A stretch of DNA of 60,067 bases, from IMG/VR virus record IMGVR_UViG_3300034523_000297, positions 1 through 60,067 of that record; one strand, written 5' to 3'. The DNA is from a virus (lineage: Duplodnaviria; Caudoviricetes). Below are positions 1 to 9,738 of this stretch, one piece after another; the stretch's first letter is position 1, and every line of letters begins with the position of its first letter. The notes beneath the pieces are model-generated. The model was not told where the DNA came from. It did not search any database and was given only the letters and a program-made list of their open reading frames with translations. The translations under genes were made by a program, and so were the position numbers.

Positions 1-207
1 TCACAGATCGGCGCCTTCCAGCGCCCACAGCCTGGCCGACTCGACGATCTCCAGCATGTCGACCAGGTCGCAATCGTCGACCTCTCCCCGCCGATGCGCT
101 GCATAGGCCATTTCATCGAGCACCGCTGCGTGCCCATCGGGATCCGCGACCAGTGCGACCTGATCGTTCAGCTCGTCCAGCCAAGCCGGCGGCAAGTCAC
201 TTGCCAT
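1..207 (-). CDS. Small acidic hypothetical protein (second gene of LexA-controlled pair)
   Basis: Likely start MASDLPPAW overlapping the end of 197..505; ORF track 1..255. Confidence 0.6.
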   Translation of the reverse strand: MASDLPPAWLDELNDQVALVADPDGHAAVLDEMAYAAHRRGEVDDCDLVDMLEIVESARLWALEGADL

Positions 208-505
208 AATCACCTGCCGCCCGGCACCACCAGGACTGCGCGTACAGCACGCCATCGATCTCTTCCAGCCCGGTGATGTTCATCCCGAGCTGGGCCATGC
301 CGTTCACGCAGGCGTCGTGCAGCCGGGGGATGATGTCGGGCCCGGGGGACGGATTGAAAACCCAGGCCTGGGTCGAAACCCGGCCCAGCGGCTCACTGTG
401 GTGGTCACCGATGTGGATGTCGGCCCGCAGGGGCTGGATCTTCCTGAGCTGATCGGAAGGGATGGCCACGCCATTCACGCGGCGGCGAACGAGGAGGAAG
501 TACAT
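197..505 (-). CDS. Hypothetical protein, SOS-regulated
   Basis: 102-aa ORF directly downstream of a LexA box. Confidence 0.7.
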   Translation of the reverse strand: MYFLLVRRRVNGVAIPSDQLRKIQPLRADIHIGDHHSEPLGRVSTQAWVFNPSPGPDIIPRLHDACVNGMAQLGMNITGLEEIDGVLYAQSWWCRAAGDYGK

Positions 506-515
506 GCTGCACCAA

Positions 516-535
516 TACTGTATATCGATACAGTA
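516..535. promoter_or_regulatory. LexA (SOS) box
   Basis: TACTG-TATATCGATA-CAGTA matches CTG-N10-CAG with TA flanks, 10 bp upstream of the ATG at 505. Confidence 0.9.
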
Positions 536-571
536 TCGTATCCACCAAGGCAGTACCTGGGCAACTGCCGG

Positions 572-1087
572 TCAGCGGGTCGACTTCATCCTGTCGACCA
601 CCGCCTCACAGGCCAGGCCGGCTATTCGGCTTCGCTCAAGCGCTGCCGCGAGGTCTCCCGCCATTCGGTCAGCGTCTTCAAGCAATCCCCCGAGCACCAC
701 GACGGCAGAGGTTCCTGCCTGGCGCTGCTGGGTAGCGATGGTGTCGCAGGTGGCTCGGTGGCCGGCGCGCAGTCTGGCGATCTCGCCGCGCAGCCCGTCA
801 GCAGCAGACTCAGCATCAGCGGCGCGGCCTTGGGCCAACTCCAGTTGTAGTCGTGCACTCTCACCCTCCTCGTCCGCCACGGCTTGGCGGCGCTGTTCTT
901 CGGTTCTGGCCTGAGCGGCTGCGCGCCGGTCCCGCTCGGAGACCTCCAGGCGGTAGTCGGACAGTTCCTTGCGTGCCTCTGTGGCTTCTCCATCGGCAAG
1001 CACAACCCGGTACTGCTGCCCGCCAGCGACCAGCACCAGAGCGATCAGCCACCAGCACCAGGCCGGTACCGCGCCCAGCCAGCTCAC
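572..1087 (-). CDS. i-spanin (Rz-like, DUF2514 type)
   Basis: N-terminal TM segment then Ala/Arg/Glu coiled coil; directly downstream of the endolysin. Confidence 0.85.
   Translation of the reverse strand: MSWLGAVPAWCWWLIALVLVAGGQQYRVVLADGEATEARKELSDYRLEVSERDRRAAAQARTEEQRRQAVADEEGESARLQLELAQGRAADAESAADGLRGEIARLRAGHRATCDTIATQQRQAGTSAVVVLGGLLEDADRMAGDLAAALERSRIAGLACEAVVDRMKSTR
622..864 (-). CDS. o-spanin (Rz1-like lipoprotein) nested in Rz in another frame
   Basis: Lipobox LLLTGC followed by Pro-rich AARSPDCAPATEPP; GTG start at 864 is inferred. Confidence 0.75.
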   Translation of the reverse strand: MRVHDYNWSWPKAAPLMLSLLLTGCAARSPDCAPATEPPATPSLPSSARQEPLPSWCSGDCLKTLTEWRETSRQRLSEAE

Positions 1088-1566
1088 GAAAGTACTGCCT
1101 TCAGGGCGGCGGCATAGTTGCGCTTGAACTTCGCCCGCAGCTCCTCGGGCTGCCGGTCATAGGCGCCAGGACGCCAAACCCGCAGGTACAGCGCCCAAGC
1201 CCCCTGCTCATCCCTGGCCGCCGGCAACGGTTTCGGATCGGTCCACAGCAGCAGCCGGGCCAGCGCCGCAGCCAGAACCGGGTCACGGCCAATGGCCAGG
1301 TAGATCGAGTCAGCAGTGAATGCAACGCCACGGGCACGGCACACGTCTTGCGCACGCGCCTTGACCGATCCATGGGTCATGACCCCGACCACGCCGCCGC
1401 CCTTCTCGAACTGGTAGTCGCCCCGTGCCGGTCCTTTGACCTGCTGCTCAAGGCGCGTCGGGTTTTCCTGCAGATTGATGGCGTGAAGGATTATCCTTGC
1501 GGGTCGCGTGCCCATCTGCGGCGGCAGCAGCGCTAGGCCTTCTCGGATATCGGTGTCCAGTGACAT
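1084..1566 (-). CDS. Endolysin (lysozyme-like fold)
   Basis: Upstream of the spanins; QE...GPARGDYQFE motif typical of Pseudomonas phage muramidases. Confidence 0.75.
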   Translation of the reverse strand: MSLDTDIREGLALLPPQMGTRPARIILHAINLQENPTRLEQQVKGPARGDYQFEKGGGVVGVMTHGSVKARAQDVCRARGVAFTADSIYLAIGRDPVLAAALARLLLWTDPKPLPAARDEQGAWALYLRVWRPGAYDRQPEELRAKFKRNYAAALKAVLS

Positions 1567-1668
1567 GGTTTCTCCAGGCTAAAGAAAGCCCGCGCTAGGC
1601 GGGCTGCATGAATTTCAGGCACAAAAAAACCGCTCAAGGGCGGCGATTCAAAGCACGAAGCGAAGGTA

Positions 1669-2427
1669 TTAAACGGTAATGCCCTTGCTGGCAGCGTACC
1701 TACGAAGCTGAGCGATAGTGTCGTCCTTCTCTTGCGGGGTCAGTACCACATCATGAGCCTGGACCAGCACGACATCACAGAAACCGTCGAAGGAGTTGAA
1801 TGCACTTCCAATCCGCAACTTGTTTGTCGATCGGCGCCGCGGCAGCCCCGCCGGCGGCGTCACGGTATTGGTTCGATTATTAGTCACATCCCGGAACGTA
1901 ATGCCCGCAGAGTTGATCGTGGCTACAAACAGCGCGAAATCAGCTCTGTTTGCCCAAGAAATCGAACACACCAAGTTCGTACGATCGGCGTCATTGTTTC
2001 CGTAAGCGGCAGTAAAAGAGAACATTCCACTGCCTGCAGCGGTCATGTACATGTTAATGCCGTCGGACGTACCACCATCCGTCGCGGCCCCCTGCTGAGT
2101 ACCGAGGAATGAAGGTCGGGTAGCGGCAGCAAGCCCGGTATCGGAGCTACGCCCAATGCAGAACACAGTCATCTCATCAGACTCTGCAATGCCGGACTGA
2201 ACATAGTTGGTCCTCCCCTTGAGAGAGGTGTAAGAAGTAGTGATCGTTGGAGATCCGATCACAGAGCCTTGATCAGCCTGGTTGGCCGGCCCGAAGTTAT
2301 GCTGGATCTTCTCTTTGTCCTTGTTCAGGAAATGAATCCCCCTGAGTCCTCGGCGCACTGCTGCTGAGTACTTTTTGGCTCCATTGTCTTCGACGCTAGT
2401 GCCCTTTGATTTAATTCGAGTTCCCAT
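1669..2427 (-). CDS. Tail spike-associated protein (probable beta-sandwich/lectin-like)
   Basis: Follows the tail spike; beta-rich composition. Confidence 0.5.
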   Translation of the reverse strand: MGTRIKSKGTSVEDNGAKKYSAAVRRGLRGIHFLNKDKEKIQHNFGPANQADQGSVIGSPTITTSYTSLKGRTNYVQSGIAESDEMTVFCIGRSSDTGLAAATRPSFLGTQQGAATDGGTSDGINMYMTAAGSGMFSFTAAYGNNDADRTNLVCSISWANRADFALFVATINSAGITFRDVTNNRTNTVTPPAGLPRRRSTNKLRIGSAFNSFDGFCDVVLVQAHDVVLTPQEKDDTIAQLRRYAASKGITV

Positions 2428-2439
2428 AATTCAACCTTC

Positions 2440-4356
2440 CTAGAAGCCGGTTTTTCGGCTGTATTCGAACATCACGCACGGATTGTGCAGCGCGAAGACA
2501 TTTCCGAGCGGGGATTCGGCTGTGTCGTACAGCCCGTGCGTGTCCCGCAAGTTGCCGCGAGCGCCGCTGACAGGTCCAGAAGCGTTAGGATCACCTGGAC
2601 GACCTCGCGCATAGCTCAGTACGGCATCGCTCGCAGCAGCGCGGCTCAGGGCGATGCGGACTGTGTCAAATGCCGTCACGCTCACAGAGCTTATTATGGA
2701 AGTGGCGACCGTATCGCTCTCGCGGATATCGAAGCCGAAGTTCGGTGCCGACGCGGCCAGTGCAGTGTCGAGAACGAGCTGTCCACTCGGGACGTGGAAC
2801 TTGATGTCGATGTGGTCGGCGGCCCAGTCAACGGATACCGGCTCAAGCGGTCGCCACTTGCCGTTGCGACGGATCATCGTCTCGTACATAGCGCGACTGA
2901 AATACTCGCCCAGCAGCCAGCTGCCCTCGTTGGTGAGGTGCAGCAGGTCGCCCAGAGTCGGGAAGATGTATACCGGCACAGCCACGACCACGTCCGGACG
3001 CTGGCGGCTTGCGCGCCACTGAGCCAATGCGATTTGCATTGTGTCGCTGGAATACCTGCGGTGGGCGCCGACTTGGTAGGTGAAAAGGTACGGTCTGAAC
3101 TTCTGGCCGGTTATGCTTGCTACTTCTCTCGAGAGCCCATCGAACAGCTCAAGTTCCAGCTGAGCGTACTTGTACGCAGACTTGGTTGCTGTCGCGCCAG
3201 ACCCGGTAGTCGAGTAGTTTGCTTCGCCTTGAATCCAAGCGTAAGCCCACACCGAATAACTTTTGTTCAGGCTCTTCGAGAGAGCAGCTTGGTCCTTTAC
3301 CAGCTGAATCAGCTTTTGGTAGTCGCCGATCCCATTGGGACCTAGGGCTTCTACGCTCTGACCGCCTCGACCTGGTGCACAACCCACGAACACCCAATTG
3401 GCTGCAAGTTCACCGTCTTCTACAGCGCGTCGGGTAACGCCGTTACATAAGCCGGTTACTGGCGTTTCAGCGTCTTCATCTCGAAGCGTCTCTATCAAAG
3501 GAATGTAAGCTGTCGGGTTGTATCCGGGATCGCCAGCCCGAACTTTCGTGCCGCTGGCTAGCATCAGATTGCTATACGGTTGCGTAGTGGAGATCACCGG
3601 AGCTGAGCCAAACCCAACTCCAAGCGACTGACCATAATCTATTACGGCCATGTGGTCGGTCATCTGCTGCTGGTTCAGCTCAAGAGCAACAAACGCCCCT
3701 TGAGAAGCACCGCTCGAAGAATCATCCGCCCCTGAGAAGTCACCGTCTGGATAGATGAAGTCAAGTTCGTCGACAATCTCAATGCCGGTCGCATTGGAGC
3801 GCTCCAATACGAGGTCGTTGATGTCAGATTCATTTGCTCCGAACTTAGCCATCGGATTGCCGGCCAAATCGTAAAGGCCCAGGCCATTCTGCTCGTTGGC
3901 AATTCGCCCTCCCATCATTTCGAGGGAGCCATCATCCAGAAACTCGGCGACTACGAACTCATCTTCTCCAGCGAACTCAGTCGCCGCATCGCTCCAAGTT
4001 GAGTCGAATGTATTGATGTCCTCCCGGATTTCGGCGACCGCCTTCGAGTTCGGATAACTATCTACGAAAACAGCGGCTCCCGCGTCGTTACGGTAGACAT
4101 TTACATACTCATCCTGAGCGCTGGACAGCACGCTGAAGTTGGTGCCATTGGCAGTACCGGCAAGCCCAAGCGCCACCGATGCATAGGGCATTGCCCCGCC
4201 CAGCAAAGTCGCAAGGTTGGTCATCACCATGGCATTGGTGGGGCGAATAACGCCACCACCAACGTCCATCATTTTCACTTCGGGCGAAAGCAGTAGCTCA
4301 TTCGTCGTCCCGACAATCCGGTCCAGCTCTTGAAGAGTCTCTTGGCCGCTCATCAA
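2440..4356 (-). CDS. Tail spike/fibre with SGNH-type (sialate O-acetylesterase-like) domain
   Basis: N-terminal virion anchor region; GQSL, WIQGEAN and DLLH motifs. Confidence 0.75.
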   Translation of the reverse strand: MMSGQETLQELDRIVGTTNELLLSPEVKMMDVGGGVIRPTNAMVMTNLATLLGGAMPYASVALGLAGTANGTNFSVLSSAQDEYVNVYRNDAGAAVFVDSYPNSKAVAEIREDINTFDSTWSDAATEFAGEDEFVVAEFLDDGSLEMMGGRIANEQNGLGLYDLAGNPMAKFGANESDINDLVLERSNATGIEIVDELDFIYPDGDFSGADDSSSGASQGAFVALELNQQQMTDHMAVIDYGQSLGVGFGSAPVISTTQPYSNLMLASGTKVRAGDPGYNPTAYIPLIETLRDEDAETPVTGLCNGVTRRAVEDGELAANWVFVGCAPGRGGQSVEALGPNGIGDYQKLIQLVKDQAALSKSLNKSYSVWAYAWIQGEANYSTTGSGATATKSAYKYAQLELELFDGLSREVASITGQKFRPYLFTYQVGAHRRYSSDTMQIALAQWRASRQRPDVVVAVPVYIFPTLGDLLHLTNEGSWLLGEYFSRAMYETMIRRNGKWRPLEPVSVDWAADHIDIKFHVPSGQLVLDTALAASAPNFGFDIRESDTVATSIISSVSVTAFDTVRIALSRAAASDAVLSYARGRPGDPNASGPVSGARGNLRDTHGLYDTAESPLGNVFALHNPCVMFEYSRKTGF

Positions 4357-4408
4357 ATCTTCCTCAATAAAAAGCCCGCACAGGGCGGGCTTGGTAACTG
4401 CTGCGGCG

Positions 4409-7400
4409 TCATGCCGGCGGGAACTGGTCGTCGTAGGTGTAAACGCGGGCGTCGTAGGGCATGCCCTTCATCGACACGTTGCCATTGGCTGGGTCGGAAC
4501 TGGTGACTAGCACCGGGTAGGCCCAGCGCGAAGCCGGCCCGAACAGAATGTGCGGCGGCTCCAGTGGGCCATCCACCACCGGTGTGAAGTCGAGCGCGTC
4601 CACTCGGACCGTGTAATGGTCCACCTGCGTGGCAGTCCATGGGCCGGACAGCGTGCCATCCAGCTTACGCACACCGATCCGGTGCTCGCCGCCGGCGCTG
4701 AAGTCCAGCGGCTCCGATGAAGTCAACAACGTACCGAATCCGGTTACTTCGAAGTGGAGCAGGACTGCGCTTTGGCACCGCTTCGGAGCGTCATCGGCAA
4801 CGGCTGCAAAGCTCAAGTAGCCGCTGTTGCTGCCATCCAGTTGGGTTTCCCAGCTGTACACGTCGGTCCTAAACTTCTGGTGGCCACGCCGGCGCATACC
4901 GACCCGCCAGGCTCTGGTCCTGTCGCTGACACCTGGCATTTTGATCTTTTCGACCTTGGTGCCAAGGTCGCCAGGCCAGCGGCACTCGACCGTTTCCCAC
5001 GCCCAGGTAATGCGCGAGAAGAACTCCACATCCACGCCGTCGAAGTCGTTGATCGACGGCATGGCGCCGCTGATCTTCAGCATCTTGGTCATGTTCTGTG
5101 GCGAGTAGGTCTGCGTTTTCGGGCCGTAGGTCACGTCGAATGCTGCGCGGGCACCATCACGGACTGGGCGTAGCAGGCCACGGAATGTGACCAGTTCGCC
5201 GAACCCGCACGCCAGCGCGTTGTTGATCATGTCCTTGACCGTGATCGTCGAATCCAACGTCTCGTCGTAGGTATCCCCGCGGGCTACGCAGATGCTGTGG
5301 AAGGCCTGCCACTCGGGCAGATCCAGATCATCGTCCGTGTACCCGCGCTGCTTCAGCTGATAGATGCACCAGGGCACGATGTCGCGGCTTGGCCCGGTAC
5401 CGCCCTCCATCAACGGCAGGATGCGGGTTGCCTCGACGCTGACCTGGCTCTCCGACTGCGCGGACAGCCGGTCACCGCCACGGATGTTGCAGGTCATCAC
5501 CGTCAGTCCCGGGTAGCTGGTGGGCGAGTTCTGCATGCGCCCGCGCAGGTCTGTCCAGGTGGCGTCATCCCGCGCTTCATCGTTGATCCGGCCAGGGCGG
5601 TCCACGTACTGCTTGCGGATGCGGGCCTCGGCTCGCATCGCATACGGCAGCGACACGCGCTCGGTGAAGCCTTGGGCGTCAAGCGACCCGCCAACGTTCA
5701 TCTTCTCGATGACCGTCCAGGCGCCAGCCACGTCCATGTCGCGGTATTCAAAGACGTAGTAGGTCGGAATCTCGTAGATCTGCCCTTCCCGACCGATACC
5801 GGCCAGGCCGTTGGCATAGGTGACCGTCCATTCCAGCTCGGTAACCTTCTCGTTGTCCGGGCAGCAGGCGAATGGCCCACGGTACCCGCCCTGCAAGTTC
5901 GAGGCGTCCAGCGTGATGAGGCCGTTCACCGTCTGCATGGCGTTGAAGCCCGGCCAGCCTGCGTCAGTCGAACCGGACGAGGTCAGGCGCTCAACCTCGA
6001 GCAAGCTCGTGCTGAAGGCCGTGATCCGATACCGAAGACCACGGGGCCCTATGGTTGCGAGGCCCTGGCCCAGCGCCAGGCCCACCACAGGCGAACCGCC
6101 ATCGTAGTCCAGCGTCATTTCCGCTGGCTGCTCTGGAATGGCGCTGGTCGTGGCCGTGCCAGTCACCCCGACCGGAGACGATCCCAGGATGGTGGATGCG
6201 CCGGTCGCCGTGATGGCCTGACCAGCGAACGGGGTGAGCTCAACGAAGCGCAGGAGCCCGCTGCTCTGCTGTGCCTGGAATGGCGTGCCGCTGAGCAGGG
6301 TATTAAGGGCAGAGACCAGGCCGGTGAGGTCGGTCGTTGCTGTGTTGAGTGTGATCGGGTAGGTGGATGCACCACGGACCAGGCTAAAGCTCAGCGGTGT
6401 GACGTTGAAGTCGTACCGGCTGGGTGCAGCTGAGCCGGTGAGCGTGGACGCGGTGCCCGGGTTGGCCGGCACCGCTGGGCTGTATGGCGTGTAGCTGTGC
6501 ACCACATACAGGCCTGCATTTGCACCGGCCACCTCGATCAGCATGCCTGCCGTTGGGTTCAGCATTTCCAGCGGACCACGCACGATGTCGCGCCCTGCCC
6601 CGCCGTCAATGACGGTGTAGGTGTACGGCGCAAGCACACGGACGATGATCCCATTCGACCAGTCAGCCGGGAACTGGCCAGAGCCGGCCGGCACGCTGAT
6701 CGTATCGCCCACGAACTGGTACGCCGAAGCCGTGGCCGACCTGGTGAGGTCGGTGGCCACGGTCAGCTCCAGGCCGGCCGAGCCGCTAGAGCTCGCCCCT
6801 ACCTCTGGAACGTTGAACCAGTTGATATGGGCAGGATCTGCGGAGAGGTCAGCGCCCGGCGGGTAAATGGTGAACGTCGCGTCGGCACCCAGGGAGATCA
6901 GCGGAGTTTCCCCAACCTTGACCTTGGCCAGTGGCACGTCGTACTCGCCTTCACCGATGTACAGAAGCATTTCCACGCGCTGGTCACGCGGCGCTACATG
7001 CGCCCGGCGTGGCTGGGTCAGGTAGGACGGATAGACCCGCTGGTGCCCGGCGATCTGGCGCACTGGCTCTCCCAGCTTGACCTTGTTGCCCTTGGCGCTG
7101 GCCTCGGTCAGTGGATCGCCCTGCTGGGTGCCGGCGCTGGATGGCATGCCGGGCATCTTAGGCATGATCGACTTCAGCACCGCCTTGGCGCCTTTGAACA
7201 GCGCGAAGGTGATGGAAAACGGGTCTGTGCCCTTGGGCTCGCGGTAGATCTGCAGCAGATCGGAAGGCTTGAACTTCACCTTGTGCCACAGGTGCTGCTC
7301 GATCACCTCATCATTGAGCACCACGCTGATCGGCGGGCTTTCCCGGCGCTCGTAGGACGGGGCCAGGGCCTTCAGCCATTCCTCGATCGACATGCGGCGG

Positions 7401-7462
7401 TTGGTCTTCCAGGTGCCGAGAGGCGCCGTTTCACTCAGCTTGTTCGGATAAAATTCGATCAT
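4409..7462 (-). CDS. Host specificity / central tail tip protein (gpJ-like)
   Basis: 1017 aa from MIEFYPNK (ATGA overlap with the NlpC gene); position after K/L/M-like genes. Confidence 0.85.
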   Translation of the reverse strand: MIEFYPNKLSETAPLGTWKTNRRMSIEEWLKALAPSYERRESPPISVVLNDEVIEQHLWHKVKFKPSDLLQIYREPKGTDPFSITFALFKGAKAVLKSIMPKMPGMPSSAGTQQGDPLTEASAKGNKVKLGEPVRQIAGHQRVYPSYLTQPRRAHVAPRDQRVEMLLYIGEGEYDVPLAKVKVGETPLISLGADATFTIYPPGADLSADPAHINWFNVPEVGASSSGSAGLELTVATDLTRSATASAYQFVGDTISVPAGSGQFPADWSNGIIVRVLAPYTYTVIDGGAGRDIVRGPLEMLNPTAGMLIEVAGANAGLYVVHSYTPYSPAVPANPGTASTLTGSAAPSRYDFNVTPLSFSLVRGASTYPITLNTATTDLTGLVSALNTLLSGTPFQAQQSSGLLRFVELTPFAGQAITATGASTILGSSPVGVTGTATTSAIPEQPAEMTLDYDGGSPVVGLALGQGLATIGPRGLRYRITAFSTSLLEVERLTSSGSTDAGWPGFNAMQTVNGLITLDASNLQGGYRGPFACCPDNEKVTELEWTVTYANGLAGIGREGQIYEIPTYYVFEYRDMDVAGAWTVIEKMNVGGSLDAQGFTERVSLPYAMRAEARIRKQYVDRPGRINDEARDDATWTDLRGRMQNSPTSYPGLTVMTCNIRGGDRLSAQSESQVSVEATRILPLMEGGTGPSRDIVPWCIYQLKQRGYTDDDLDLPEWQAFHSICVARGDTYDETLDSTITVKDMINNALACGFGELVTFRGLLRPVRDGARAAFDVTYGPKTQTYSPQNMTKMLKISGAMPSINDFDGVDVEFFSRITWAWETVECRWPGDLGTKVEKIKMPGVSDRTRAWRVGMRRRGHQKFRTDVYSWETQLDGSNSGYLSFAAVADDAPKRCQSAVLLHFEVTGFGTLLTSSEPLDFSAGGEHRIGVRKLDGTLSGPWTATQVDHYTVRVDALDFTPVVDGPLEPPHILFGPASRWAYPVLVTSSDPANGNVSMKGMPYDARVYTYDDQFPPA

Positions 7463-7836
7463 CGGTAATACACCACCCTGGGGTGAGCGGCCTCGAACTC
7501 GCCAGTCGTCCGGAGGCAGGCGCCACCGGGGTTTGTGTCCAGCACCTTCAGCCTTCCCTCGCTTTCCACCACCACGCCGACGTGCAGGCACAGCGCGCCG
7601 CGGAACACGGCAGCAATGGCTCCAGGCTCTGGGGCGCACTCCTCCATGCCCTGGCGCAGGTCGTGATAGGCGGCGGTATTGGCCTTGAGCTTGTCCTTGC
7701 CCACGGCGCCCAGGCTGGGCAGCAGCGGCAGGCCAAATACCTGGTGGCGCACGGCGATGCAGAGCCCCCAGCAATCGAAGGCAATAGGCCCCCGTGCACC
7801 CTCGCGATACGGGGCGCGCATGAATTTTTCGATCAT
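7459..7836 (-). CDS. NlpC/P60 tail assembly protein (gpK-like)
   Basis: FDCWGL and HVGV catalytic motifs. Confidence 0.85.
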   Translation of the reverse strand: MIEKFMRAPYREGARGPIAFDCWGLCIAVRHQVFGLPLLPSLGAVGKDKLKANTAAYHDLRQGMEECAPEPGAIAAVFRGALCLHVGVVVESEGRLKVLDTNPGGACLRTTGEFEAAHPRVVYYR

Positions 7837-7838
7837 GG

Positions 7839-8318
7839 TCAGATGTACTTCAGGCCAGGTGCCAGAGAGGTGGTCAGCACGGTGCGCAGACCGTTGGTGT
7901 TGAGCAGGTCGAAGAAGCCGGCGGTGAGCTTGGCGACATCGTTCTCATACTCCCGGCTGAGCAGCGTCATGCGGTACCGCTCTTGCGGGAACGTGAGGTC
8001 TTCGGCCAAGTAGCGCCGGAAGGTGATGATGAAGCGATCGTCGGCTGCTTTGGCCTCCTCCACGACCTCCTGCACCTCGCCCGTGACGTTGTCCAGGCCC
8101 AGCACCAGGTTCTGGAACGCGCTGTTGTCGTTCTTGGGCAGGGCCAGGTCCATGGCCATCGCGATGAAGGTAAGCGTGCGGCCATCCTCGGTCGTGCACA
8201 CCCGGTCTTCCCAGCCAGAGCAGTAGCAGTGCGAGACTGTTCCGCCCTCCTTCCGCGCCTCGATCGTGTCGACCAGCTCCCCACGCCCCGAGGCGTAACA
8301 CTCTTCTATCAGGCTCAT
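7839..8318 (-). CDS. Minor tail protein (DUF1833, gpL position)
   Basis: Position and LxLDNV motif; start MSLIEEC. Confidence 0.75.
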   Translation of the reverse strand: MSLIEECYASGRGELVDTIEARKEGGTVSHCYCSGWEDRVCTTEDGRTLTFIAMAMDLALPKNDNSAFQNLVLGLDNVTGEVQEVVEEAKAADDRFIITFRRYLAEDLTFPQERYRMTLLSREYENDVAKLTAGFFDLLNTNGLRTVLTTSLAPGLKYI

Positions 8319-8791
8319 CCGAAGTAATCCGTATGCCACTTATCAAGGATGGATTGCAGGCCGGCGTTGAACTGGTCGAGCGGCATGCCCAGGTAGGCGC
8401 CGAGGTACTGGTCCTCGGTGTAGACCGGCCGAGTCTTGAACTCGAGCTCAGCAGAGAACCGCCATCGCTTGATCTGCGCCAGCTCCCCGCCGGTGTACAT
8501 GCCCTTGAAGTGCACCAGATGCACCTGCAGGCCAAGAGGCGTCTGCAGCGGCATCTCGAACCATTCGAAGCCGAGATTCAGCGCCCAGGTGTGCCAGCCC
8601 TCGAAAAGGGCCGCTTCCTGCTCGCTGAAGTTGAAGGTGAACCGTGCGGATGTTGGAGGCTTCCGGGTTGTGATCCGGTACCGCGTGCGGCCCGTGACCA
8701 TCGGCGTAGCCCGCATCGGATCAACCGTGCTTAGGCCATACCCCTCCTGCAGAGGAAGTGGCAATTCTGCCGGGTATTGAATCATTGCCAC
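8315..8791 (-). CDS. Distal tail / minor tail protein (gpM-like)
   Basis: YPxxLPLP...GxxWFxMPL motifs; downstream of the tape measure gene. Confidence 0.75.
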   Translation of the reverse strand: MAMIQYPAELPLPLQEGYGLSTVDPMRATPMVTGRTRYRITTRKPPTSARFTFNFSEQEAALFEGWHTWALNLGFEWFEMPLQTPLGLQVHLVHFKGMYTGGELAQIKRWRFSAELEFKTRPVYTEDQYLGAYLGMPLDQFNAGLQSILDKWHTDYFG

Positions 8792-8893
8792 TCCTCATGT
8801 CATGGCTATTTGCGACCACTCCGTCATATCCTCCAAGCGCCCCAAGGTGTAGGAGCCGGCGGGGCTTGGATAAATACTGAACAGGAAGATCGT

Positions 8894-9148
8894 ATGAGCT
8901 ATGAAAACCCATCGGATATTGAAAGAGAGCTGCACGAAATGGTTACCAGGCTGAGCACCGAGCTTTCATCGGTTCGCTGCCTAGTGACTGGCCTCTGCCA
9001 GCACATCAAGACCAGTCAAGGCCAGGAGGCGCTGGACGCTGTAATTGCAACAGCGCTTGAGGAGGTCAAGGAATGCGATCGAGCCTATGCATTGCCGGCT
9101 GACAGACACACAGTGCAGCGCTTTGCAGACGGATTCGTGAAGCGCTAA
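8894..9148 (+). CDS. Small hypothetical moron protein
   Basis: 84 aa from MSYENPS with AGGAAG RBS; antisense to the tail operon. Confidence 0.55.
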   Translation: MSYENPSDIERELHEMVTRLSTELSSVRCLVTGLCQHIKTSQGQEALDAVIATALEEVKECDRAYALPADRHTVQRFADGFVKR

Positions 9149-9723
9149 GCGAAGGGGGCCAATCCAAGGGCCTCTTCGATCCGGGCAAGCCTGTGATGCA
9201 GTATGCGGGCTTGCCTTTCTTTCTCATCAAGCGAGCGCCGCATCCTTTCCCAGTTCACACGCCCTTGCTTGTTTTCCCGCTGCCAATCATCAAGGCCATC
9301 ATTTTCTTCTGGCTTGAGCGTGATTTTCAGCACGGTGTCGACCCGGGCATATTCGCTGGATGACGATGATTTTCGGGCCCTGACCCGAACGAGACCGTTG
9401 CCGATTAACTGAATCGCATCTGCATAATGATCCAAGGAGCCCAGGGTCCAATCGCCGCTGAAGGCGTCGACCCATTCGCCAGACTCGACGCCATCCTCGG
9501 AAACCTGCATCACCTGGATGTCAACCTTGACGGTTTCAGGCAGTAGCGTCCCGTTGCGGTCGATGATCGCCAGCCCACAAGGAAAGACAATGCTCAGGTC
9601 AACTTCCGATAGTTCGAAGACTGCTCCGCGCGCGATGTCAGTCCAGCCCTCGGAGACAAGCGCCAGAACCGGGTAATGGGTTGGTGCATTGGTTTCTGCA
9701 ACTACTTGCTGTTCCATGTGCAT
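9145..9723 (-). CDS. Hypothetical protein with a gpJ-like beta domain and C-terminal coiled coil
   Basis: VDLSIVFPCGL...VKVDIQ...GEW pattern resembles TipJ FNIII-like domains. Confidence 0.5.
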   Translation of the reverse strand: MHMEQQVVAETNAPTHYPVLALVSEGWTDIARGAVFELSEVDLSIVFPCGLAIIDRNGTLLPETVKVDIQVMQVSEDGVESGEWVDAFSGDWTLGSLDHYADAIQLIGNGLVRVRARKSSSSSEYARVDTVLKITLKPEENDGLDDWQRENKQGRVNWERMRRSLDEKERQARILHHRLARIEEALGLAPFA

Positions 9724-9738
9724 CTCCTGATTTGTCTG

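Noticed and set aside
1669-7462. Diversity-generating retroelement or invertible tail fibre cassette
   Set aside because: No reverse transcriptase, invertase or TR/VR repeat pair was seen
7463-7774. N-terminal extension of the 1121-aa tail tip ORF
   Set aside because: It overlaps the NlpC gene in another frame; ATGA coupling supports a start at 7462
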